From NCBI RefSeq assembly GCF_006345805.1, contig NW_021832374.1, forward strand, positions 62,001 through 126,000: a stretch of 64,000 nucleotides of DNA, written 5' to 3'. The DNA comes from Octopus sinensis. Its lineage: Eukaryota. The position numbers and the translations under genes were made by a program. The notes under the pieces are model-generated. The model ran no database searches. It saw only the letters and a program-made list of their open reading frames with translations, and was not told where the DNA came from. Shown here piece after piece: positions 54,059-64,000 of the stretch (its first letter is position 1; the number at the start of each line of letters is the position of its first letter).

Positions 54059-55636
54059 ATGTCCATAGTTAAAGTAATGTTACATTTTGAAAATGAATCC
54101 ACCCCTTATGTCTATGAAATAAACAGTCAAAGATGGAAAATATATTCCGAACTTGATCATATGCTTGTTCCAGTCCATTTACTTAAAAACGAATTAGAAA
54201 TATCTAATAATTATCGTTTTTTTGTAACATCCCAAGATGATGAAATCGGGTAATCTTTAATAATTATTTTAGTTCTGTTCGACGTGAAATTAAGGACACA
54301 GATTCTATTAAAATCAATCCAAATGGAAGAATTGATTTATGGGTTTTTATTTTCTCATATATATTAACAGTTGATTAAAATTAGTGACAAGAATTCACCC
54401 GCAAGTTCCGCCTGTGTTGTTTCTAACAGGTTACTTCATATTGTAGCATATGCCTTTAAGCGATTATAAATATATTGATTAATATATTAATTTAGATATC
54501 AGGAATCTGTTGATATTGGTGGAGAACCAGCCCGATCGACTCAATCTTGGTATTTAAATAGTCATTAATTTATTCTTGTAGTATTTCTTCTATAGCTACA
54601 GGTTTTTCCTGGTCAAATCTAAATCGGAAATTAAAAAGAAAAGTAATTATTTTTTAATAATCGAAAGCAATTTCCCTGCAGTAGTATTTGTCAATCCTCA
54701 AGCATAATGAGCGGACTTTCATTTTCTGATGTTAAAATTGTGCATGTGGACTTGAGATTGTCTCCTTATGTCCCATTCGGGATTACTTTTTCCGGTCGGA
54801 TCAACTCAATCGGGCACGATCAGGGAATATTTATTGACTCAGTTCTTCCTGGGTTTATAATTCTGGTCATATTTAGTGGAGCGGCTGATATTTATGGCAG
54901 ATTTCGTGTAGGAATGCTCATTCTTGAGGTCAACGGAACTTCTTTAGAGAATATTTCAAATTTCCAGGCTTTAAAACTTTTAGAAGACTCTCTTAAGCCT
55001 GAAAAGTATTTTATTTATTTTAAGCAAAGATATGGCCTTTCTCTTGTTTTGGCGGAGTTTTCGTCTCCAAATTTAATAAATTCGTTGCAAAAGGATCCGA
55101 ATTTAAAGTCGGCTCATTGCAGTGATTCGGGGACTTTGGTCTCTGCCAGTAGTTGTATTGAAAGTTAAGAAATTTTAGGGAGAATAACTCAGAATGATAG
55201 TTTGAGCATAAATTCAGATATGTTTATTATTGTGGCGAATATGCTCAGAAGTGATATTCCTCACTCGTTGCCTATTCGTGACAGAGTTTGGCTTAAAATG
55301 CCAATTTCTAACGCTTTTCTGGGCTCGGATTTGATTGTCTGGCTTTTGCAGAATGTTGCTGGGATCAGACGTAGAAAGGAAGCTTTGGCATATGCAATGA
55401 CAATGTTGGACACTGGGTTTATCAGGAGCGCTATTTTGTCAGATAAAAAACAGGATTTTTCACAGCAGCGTTATTATATGATTGCCCCACCAATTGTCGA
55501 ACGTTGATTTTTGTTTTTAATTTATTTAGGGCTGCGTTTGTCTTCGGGTGCTGTTTCTTTGTTTAGTGAGAGTTTGGTAAGTAATATAAAGCCAAAAACC
55601 TCCCGTCGTGTTAGTGAACCAACTTTTTCTTTATGA
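54059..55636 (+). CDS. DVL: Dishevelled (DIX-PDZ-DEP), short C-terminus
   Basis: DIX STPYV..YRFFVTSQDDEIGSVRREI..NGRIDLW; PDZ PFGITFSG..GIFIDSVLPGGAA..MLILEVNGTSLENISN; DEP LPIRDRVWLKMPISNAFLGSDLIVWL..RKEA. Confidence 0.93.
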
Positions 55637-56049
55637 CTACTTTTTTTTATTTATTCTTTGATTTTTTGTGGGTTAATTGTATTTTATTAATTGAAATTAG
55701 TCTAATATCTTAGCGATTTTTTAGGACAGATCAATTTTTGAGTTCATTTTGAATGTCATTTAACCGATTATTAAAGTAAATAAATAGCAGCTTAATCTAT
55801 ATTTTTGTCGATTATTAATTTACCATAAGTGGTAATAGATAAATAAAACCAATTAACATTTGTTGCATATAATTGTACCATGTCGATACTTTATTATAAT
55901 GAACCTTTTACTAAATAAATACAGTAATTAACTACCTAATTTTCTCAGAGTGAACAAGTAATGTCACTCCACATACTTATTTCTTCCTCTTTTTTAATTC
56001 TTTTAACCTCTAAGAAAGCACAGCTTTACGCCTCTCTCTAACCAAATGT

Positions 56050-58090
56050 CAGAAAAAAACTAAATTTTAAGGCACCGAACGAAATATATAGAGTTCTTAT
56101 AAGAACAGCTCCATTAATACAAGCACTTAGATTCAACTGCCTCAGATAACTTTTTTACTATTAGGTGTTCTTTTCGTTCTATATAATTTATTTATGCTTT
56201 CCCATACTGTACATCCGTAAACAATTGTCGGTTTAATGTATTGGGTGTATAGAGACTCTAATCGGTAATTTCCTTTGGCGTCTTCCAAGTTTCCAAGAAA
56301 TGCTTTAAGAAAGTTTAGTTTCTTATTGAATTTCGTCAACACGTTTTCCGTATGGGGAGTAAAGGTTAGAAAGGTGTCAAAGGTGATCCCTAGTATCTTT
56401 AGAGTTTTATTTTGAGGAATTGATTTCCCTTCCATGATCACATTTATCGACAAATTCCCCAGTCTTTTGTTAGTTGTGAAAATTGCTAGCTCAGACTTTT
56501 CCGGGCTTACTTTCAACAGATTGGCATTGAGCCATATACACAGGTTATTTATATTTTTCTGTAATCTTCCCGTAGCTTCGCTGACACATATGTCTTTCGA
56601 TGCAACGATTATATCATCCGCATATGATAGTAAAATGTCATTCTTGTTTTCAGGAAGAGGCATATTGTTCAACATTAGGTTGAATAATATGGGGGATAGG
56701 GGGAACCTTGTGGCACTCCATTCGGTAGTAGCCTCGATGCAGATCTTCGATTGCCCTTGTAGACTCTACCCCGACGTCCATTCAGAAAATTGGCGAGCCA
56801 TAGTTTTAAATTTGGTTCCATATTAAAAGAGTAAATTTTCTGCGTAAGAATTTTTCGGGAGACCGTGTCAAAAGCCTCGTAAATATCAATTTAGCATACA
56901 ATCGTTTTTTCTTGTTTTAGTTTCCTTCTCAACCCTTTTTAATAAATTTTAAGATTGGATGGATTTTTGATTGTTTCCATATATTTGGAATACTGTTTTC
57001 ATTTACTGACTGGTTGTAGATGGCCGTTAATGCCGTGATAGCTACAGGGCCCAGTTTCTTGAGCAGAATCATTGGTATTCCGTCTGGACCACAGGAAATT
57101 GTATTCTTTGTGTGTTGGATTATCAATGTGACTTAATCATGTAGAAAAGGGGTTGATAGATGTCCCTTTTTTGGTTTTCGTACAAAATTTGGTGGCCTAT
57201 TGTGTTTCTGATATGGTTTGTAGTTGTGCTTCATAAATCTTGCTCCGGATCGCCATATTCAGTGTCCTTATTCTCTTTGTTGTTTCTTTGGTTAAAATTT
57301 TTTTGCGTTTGAGGAAGTTTCTTTCCTTTATCAGTTTGATAATTTCTGGGTTTTGTTTTCTTTCTGATATTTTCCGGTATACTGCCCTATCGAAAGAGTT
57401 GGGTTCCGGATAAAATGTGGAAAGTTTCGTATCGACGTATTTCTTATAAGCTGACCATTTTTCATTATTGTAATCGTAGTAGGAATCATGTTTCTTTCGG
57501 GTCATTGGAGAACAATTTATCTGTATAATGATTGGATTGTGATCAGTCTGTAGATCATAGTTTACCGTCCAAAAAATAAATGGTGCTAATTTCGGGGAAC
57601 ACAAGGTTAAGTCTGGGGATGTGGTCGATTCTTTTCCGTTATATGGCGTCCTTGTATTTTTCTTTGGATCGTTCATAATGGACAGCCTCTTGAATTGGAA
57701 AATAATGAGGTTTTCTCTCGCATCCGCCGGTTGTTTTTGAAACCACAGAAGGTGTTTGGCATTAAAATCTCCGGAAAGCAGTAAGTTGTCCACAGTAAGA
57801 CAGATCGACAGTAAATCCTTTGGCGCGTGACCCCGGTGGGGGAATATATAAGTTTCCAATACTAATAATTCCGTTGGAGGTATAAATACTAAGTCCCATG
57901 ACTTCAGAGTTAGCATCTTGGGCCAGTTTTGTAAAGATTTCATGAGTTTTGTGAATGCAATTCCCTTCCTGATAAGGGTCATTAAGCCCTCACCCGACCC
58001 GTGGGTAACTTCGTTTCTTGTAGCAGGCAAATATCGATATTCTTTCTTTCCACGAGTTTGTCCCCCTTGCTTTTGAGACCACTGGCGTAG
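56050..58090 (-). mobile_element. Jockey/I-like LINE with APE endonuclease and RT, frameshifted
   Basis: LLLSGDFNAKH..SPDLT..TDHNPI (APE); SCGPDGIP; LLSYADDI..LKILGITFD (RT). Confidence 0.9.
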
Positions 58091-58478
58091 TTGGTAAAGA
58101 AGCCGAGAGATTGTTGCGTATGCTCTGCGATAAAATTGCCTTGAAGACCCATGACCGGAGGGATTTTTTATTTCATTTCATTAAGAAGAAGAAAAATGGT
58201 CAATTATATAAAAACTTGATCGAAAAATTGACAATCGTCATTAATACACCCATTTTTTATTTTGCATGTCTGTGTATTTTGAATCAATTTATGTTGTCAT
58301 TATAATTAATTTTATTGATTGGATACAATTTTGATTGTAGACGACAAAAGGAAGTTAAAGTCGTATAATATTACGGATTTTAAATTAATGATTTTATGAT
58401 TTCGTATCTAAATGAAACAATAGATTACTCTTAATTATCTATGCACTAATTTAACAAAATAATAACTATTAAACAAAT

Positions 58479-58850
58479 TTAATTTCGAAAGTTAGAATTT
58501 TCAAAGCACATTGAATCATAACACCAATAATCTACACCGGATTCAAAATCAAAATATTCGAAGGTCAATGAAAATTTTCCTAATACGAATTTTTCCTCAA
58601 AATCGTGCGAAGAATTGAAATTTTCAAAGATTCGGTACTCTATTGTCTCAAATCGGACTTTCTTTGCTTAAAATAATCATCTGAAAGTATTACTATTTGT
58701 GATATCTTTATGTTGTCTGTTGTTGGAATTGTTCGGTTTTTTTAAAATTGAACGAATTTGTAGTGTTTCTTTTTCAGGCTTCATTTCATCGGAGTAATCC
58801 CTTCCGTTCTTTTTATTATTAAAATTTATTTCTGTTATTTTTTCTGACAT
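58479..58850 (-). CDS. Orphan 114-aa protein with SILK and RVxF PP1-docking motifs, 2 exons
   Basis: The 27-nt GT-AG intron 58667-58693 joins MSEK..RSILKKP..DITN to TKKVRFETIEYRIF..SNFRN* in frame (345 nt CDS). Confidence 0.65.
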
Positions 58851-59038
58851 TTTTGTTTTCAAAATGCGTTAACAAAATCTTAGTTAAAACTGTATTTAAC
58901 TGGAACTATACTATTTATTATTTGAAAAAATAAAAAAACTAAATTCTAAATACATTAATTAAAAAAATAAAAATTATTTTTTGACCATGATCAGGCTGGA
59001 AATATTTTGAATTCGAGCCTTAATTACAAAAATATATA

Positions 59039-60511
59039 CTGTCAAACCTCTCCAATTTATCATCTCTATAATTTACCACTCTCCTTTTTTATTAAAAAAA
59101 TGAAATTCTGTTTTCCCTTATATTTTTTATTTTTTGCCATTTTATTAAAATTTTTTTATTAAGGGTTATTAAAATTTTAAATTAATCACGTGTTTTTGTC
59201 TCGTGTTTTGGGGAATCATTGTGTTTTTTAAGTTTATCAAAATACAGGCTATTTCTATTAGAAAAACTATGCTTGGAGTGACATTTACTCTAAGACTATC
59301 GACAATTGCTGGAATAAAACAAGCCTCACGAATTGAATAATTGATGATTTTTTGTATGAAATCGGGAAATTCGGAGAATTACTAAATGAACTAAACATTA
59401 TTGATGTACCCGATTAGGAGAAAATCCTAGAGATCGACTTAAGAATAAAAGATCGGATTATTGACGACAGGATTTTTAACAATGACAAAAAACTTGGAGG
59501 AATGTGAAATGGAAATAGAAGGTACTGAAAATTTAAAAATTGGATTGGATGATGCTGTGAATAATTTCAACAATTTCAAAACACTTTTTGTTTTGCCCGA
59601 ACATTTTTTTAATGATTGAACTCCGTGTCGGGCTGAAAATCTGCCAGTCGCACAAATGCCGTTGTGGGGGAACTGTTGACGAGTACGGTTTGCATCCCCT
59701 CGCTTGCCGGCGGAGTGCCGGTCGTGCCCCCCGTCACAGTGAACTCAACTCAGTCGTACAGAGAGCCCTCGCCTCAGCAGGCATCCCGTCTATCCTTGAA
59801 CCTGTTGGATTGGATAGAGGGGATGGCAAACGCCCTGACGGCATGTCCACCTTCCCCTACGAGCAGGGGAAATCCCTTATTTGGGATTCTACCTGCTCGG
59901 ACACGTTCTCGCTGGGAAATCTCGCTCTGTCCGCCGCCAATCCTGGGCACGCTTCCAGGCAGGCCGAGGAGCGAAAGATTCTCAAGTACGGCCACCTGTC
60001 CAACTCGCTGCTCTTTACTCTAATTGCCTTGCAGTCCTCCGGGATCTTCGGTCCCAAGACACTCCGCTTCCTTCGCTCGCTCGGTCGACGGATTTCAAGG
60101 ACTAGTCACGATCCAGAGAGTTTTCTTGGCTCCTGGAACGTCTGTCGATCGCTGTGATCCGAGGGAACGTCTTCGCCATTCGCGCGGCTGGTCGGGTGTC
60201 TCGTGAGGCCTTTAACTAACTTAGCTATCTGTAATTTTTGTCTTGTTTGTATAGATTGTTATTGTATTGAAAACTATCGAAAACATACTTAACAAGGAAC
60301 GGAGAAAAAAAATATTATTAGATTATCTAACTGTTCCTAAAAAAATTTTATCTTCTTTATTTTGACTAATAAACCAGCTGGAAACAAAAAATAGAAAAAT
60401 AATTAAAATCATGATAAAATGACATTCAAGCTTTAAATCTTTTTTTACCACCTTATTTTTTGCCACTATTTTTGTCGGTCCCGTCGTTGGCAATAAATAG
60501 AGGGTTGACTG
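59039..60511 (+). mobile_element. pogo/Tigger-derived non-autonomous element containing a CRE insertion
   Basis: TA-flanked ends ctgtcaaacctctc / cagtcaaccctcta. An acidic transposase C-terminal remnant (EECEMEIEG..GLDDAVNNFNNFKTLF) stops at the CRE and resumes after it (IENILNKER..LLDYL). Confidence 0.6.
59615..60230 (+). mobile_element. 5'-truncated CRE-clade non-LTR retrotransposon, well preserved and GC-rich
   Basis: CCHC knuckle CRCG..HPLAC, RHSELN, endonuclease core DGKRPDG..WDSTCSDT..EERKILKY, C-terminus LSIAVIRGN; one frameshift near 60125. Confidence 0.9.
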
Positions 60512-60639
60512 TATCCAGCTACTAAAAAGATTTTTAAACTGTTTTTAAATATTCAATTTTGCGAAATACTTTAAATATGAATTCATAAAAAGTTAATTTT
60601 TTGTTAAGATGATGAATTCACTTTTTTGCACAATTTTTT

Positions 60640-61400
60640 TCTCAGTTTTGTATTGGCACCCTAAACGCCTAGGAACTCAATCCCATCTACAAGAAACTCC
60701 AAGACGCACGAGATCTGGAACAACAAAAGATGTCTATCTGTTGGTTGCAAGAGAAAAAAATACACAACATAGACGCTCTAAGATAGCAGATTACACGCTT
60801 TTTACTTTCCTACCTATTGTCACTATGACCTAGGGTTTGTAATCAAGTAAAAATTGAATAAGCATATATTCTGAGTGTGGCCCGTCTCGGACAGGATTGC
60901 GGTGTCTTAAATCAAATGGGGAACCAGATTTAACTTCCTGGTCACAATCATTAATGTGTAGGTGCCGACTGGAATCAAAGTCCTTGCTAACTTGGAAGAA
61001 CTTGACTTATTCTATTCTACCCTCATACATTCATACAACAGTATCAGATTTTTGTAAATGTGCTTCATTGCTAGAGATTAGAACTCCAGTGTCTTGAAAG
61101 TCAGACTCGGAGAAACATCTTTTGGATCGCATGGAAAAACAAAAGAATTATGCCTGGAACCGCCTTGATTTAATTCTTTACTTGTTTAAACCTATTCTTA
61201 TGTAACACGAAAATTCCTTATCCAGCCAAGCACAAGACGACCTGAATATTCTATTAAATAAGCTAAATTCTCAGCAAAGATGCATTTACTTGTAAATTCG
61301 TGGTCATATTGAAGACAGATGATGACCACAAGCTAGCATATAACTAACTGAACAGGAATGCATGGAAACGTATGTGTAGAAGGATAATAAACGTGGCAAA
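60640..61400 (+). mobile_element. Decayed RTE-type APE endonuclease region
   Basis: GTLNA..LEQQKMSICWLQE, YDLGFVIK, WPVSDRIAV are interrupted by stops. Confidence 0.6.
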
Positions 61401-63962
61401 AAAACTTAATTATGAATTTGAGTCGTTTTTAATATTTTTTGTAAAAGTCGTCTTTTTCCATAGTTACATGATTGTTTAAAAAAATCAATTATAATGATTT
61501 ATGTCGAAAAATAGATACGTCGATAATGGAGGTGGCTTTATAATTACGTTAATATTTCTAGGGCTCAGTCACAGATGTGCAGAATAAAATTTGATACGAG
61601 TATAAACTAAATGGAAACCGATCAGCCAAATTGACTTTGTAAGTGCCTTTAGATTGTAACTTGAGTGTTTTAAATAGATTAAAAATTGGCTTAATTTCTT
61701 TGCCAAGAATGAATCTCTAATAAATCACAATTCCTTGCTTCAAGACAGAATTGAAAAGAAATGACATAGACCTTTATGGAATTTATCTAGTAAGATTTAT
61801 ATTGATTAGAATAACTGGAAAAGACACCACGATCAGGAAGTAGCTAGTAAAATTCCATAAACGGCCAGTCTAAAAATTATTTTAAAGATTCATGTGCCAA
61901 AGATAAGCAATTCTCTGAAATATTGGTTTAATGATGACTGAGTAAATATCAAAGAAAGAGTTTTTAAAATACCTTTCAAGAAATAATTAAAATTAATAGA
62001 TCATTATTATTAGACACACTTTCGCGATGCCTGCTCCATCTATTTTCTTTTGTGCTGTGGCTGAGATAGACATCCTGTTCCGCAGTGGAATAATTAATAG
62101 ATTAGTACAGAATTAATGAACACGATAAGCTTAATGATTTTATAGCAAGTAGCAGATATCCATTTTAAGTTTCTTTTGACTATTTTGACCTTCTTTGGTC
62201 TTTAATTAGGTGTACTAGCTTTAGATTTCAATTGTTGGCTATCAAATGCCCTGCGAGAAAGTTGCATAATTGTAGAAAATATCTAATTAAAATTTTTCTT
62301 CTAAAATAGCCGCGATTTTTTGTTTAAAAAAATATTAAAAGCTCGTGGTATTATAGAGCTGCGCTTGAATATGGTACAAAGAATCAATACAAATTCTTGG
62401 GAATTTAATTTTTATTAAAAAAACAAAGTTAAGTCTCTTTAGCTAAAATATTAGCTTTATAGTTGCCGCATTTTAGTATCTTACAAGTGTTAAAAAAATT
62501 TCTTATAGACTACATAGTTGATTAATCTGATTAAATATTAAACCTTCAAAATATAAGTATTTTAATACTAAACCACATTTTTGTGTTAATAGTTCGCAAA
62601 AACCCACAATTTCAAGGTCTATGATCTTTACCGCAAGTAAAGAAAGTCTGTAATTAAAATAAATTTTAATTTTGAATTTATAAAATTTTGAATAAATAAA
62701 TGTCAAAATATTTCATTAAATAACTTTATCGATCCAATACATCTAGAAAATTAGTATTTAAATCAATTATCTCAATTGTTTCTTGAAAATTCCATTGTGG
62801 AAATTTCCACTGTGGAAAATTCCAGCGTAAAAAATGAATATAAAAAGCCGACGGCGCGTCGTGCTTGTGTACTTGTCTAATGTCAGTGTCAGTTTGTGTT
62901 TGTCGAAGAGGCTCTTTTGTTACAATCCTTTCTAATGATGAGAGGGTGCTTGAATTTGGTCTTTTTATTTTTTACTAGGAAAATAATGATCAGGTTGTCT
63001 ACGATGAAATGTTTGAGACTCCTGAGGAGGGAGTTTCTACACTTGTGAGACGCCTTTCGGATGCTGGATTCACTCAAACAAGCAATTTTGAATTCGAGAC
63101 AGATGCCCCAGACGATGAGATTGTCTCTGCTCTCACTGAGGGCACTGATTAAGTCTTCTTGTTTTGTTTCTAACTTGATTTGGTTTCTAAAATTTTTGGT
63201 TTTATTATTGGTTAGACAGTAAAATTGATTTTTCATTTTGGATAATTCCTTTGTTATTTAGTCGATAATTTATTTGGATGGTTTCACACTCGATTAAAAT
63301 TGATTCATGCTTTATAAATTTTTAAAAGCAATTTGTTTTGGGTAATGTCAAAATAACTATTTTGACCTACATTTTGTATTTATATGAATCAAGTTTACAT
63401 AACATTTAATTTTGAACATGTTTTATAATCAATTCTGTTAGCTTAGGGTTCAAAGAATATATTAAAGACCTAAGCGCTTACAACGATTTAAGCTCGAAAT
63501 TGGTATTAAAAATGTCAAACTTGAAATGAAAATGGTATAGACTATATAAAATATATATGGTATCGACAAGTTATTAATAATGATATAGATAAGTGAAAAC
63601 AATGATAAAACTAATTATTTAAAAAGAATTTAATGAAAAATTTTAGTATTAGAAATTAATGAATTTATGCATAAATAAATATTTATTATAGTACATAAAA
63701 TTATGATGAATATGAATTTAAAAATAATCTGAGGTTAACGATATGGAGTAACAAAATTGAGATTGGAGTGTTTTAAAATCATTTCTTCTTAAATATCAGA
63801 CCGATGACTGATGTGATCAAAGAAACGTGAGTTATCGATTTGAAAATCATTAATAAGTGCCTTCTGAGTAGAATAGAAAACGCTACTAAAATATTTCCTG
63901 GCTTCGGTCGTAGATTTTAGAATTTTTTAATTTAAAGAATATAAATAACTGTTTTCTTGTTA

Positions 63963-64000
63963 CAGTAAAACCTCTGGTGCTCGCCACCTCTGTTACTCGC
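63963..64000 (+). mobile_element. Left end of a pogo/Tigger element running out of the window
   Basis: TA followed by cagtaaaacctc, the same terminus type as 29698/31446. Confidence 0.65.

Noticed and set aside
62799-62823. NF-kB/NFAT enhancer (ggaaatttcc, ggaaaattcc)
   Set aside because: The motifs arise at junctions of the 15-bp tandem palindrome and no nearby target gene is evident.

Overview
AT-rich (roughly 70-75% by eye) nuclear DNA of a highly derived animal. The genes are metazoan (TEAD, Dishevelled, basonuclin/disco, QKI, CREBRF), use the standard code, and are broken by very short spliceosomal introns, mostly 24-36 nt, which is why the ORF track fragments them. This architecture is known from dicyemids and is also compatible with some myxozoans; the sequence alone cannot decide. 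I reconstructed 13 recognisable host genes by hand-splicing: tetraspanin, CDV3-like, NAGK, PGAM5, RPS12, TEAD, dual-GAF PDE5/11-like, CREBRF/REPTOR, a compact Treslin/TICRR, QKI, V-ATPase B, basonuclin/disco and Dishevelled. There are also two orphan genes: a SILK+RVxF PP1-binding candidate and a 155-codon ORF broken by one frameshift. Intergenic DNA is packed with decayed transposons: RTE, jockey/I-like and CRE-clade non-LTR elements, hAT, pogo/Tigger and Ginger-like DNA elements, and a four-level nested cluster at 44.6-48.0 kb. An 87-bp minisatellite is also present. No transposon was seen inside an intron. The most interesting leads are: GC-AG micro-intron candidates bracketing the CDK-site exon of Treslin; QKI-binding motifs and a hairpin in the unusually long QKI introns; the orphan PP1-docking protein; Ginger-like elements; and a GC-rich young CRE insertion. 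All family calls come from motif recognition, not database searches, and transposon remnant boundaries are approximate.
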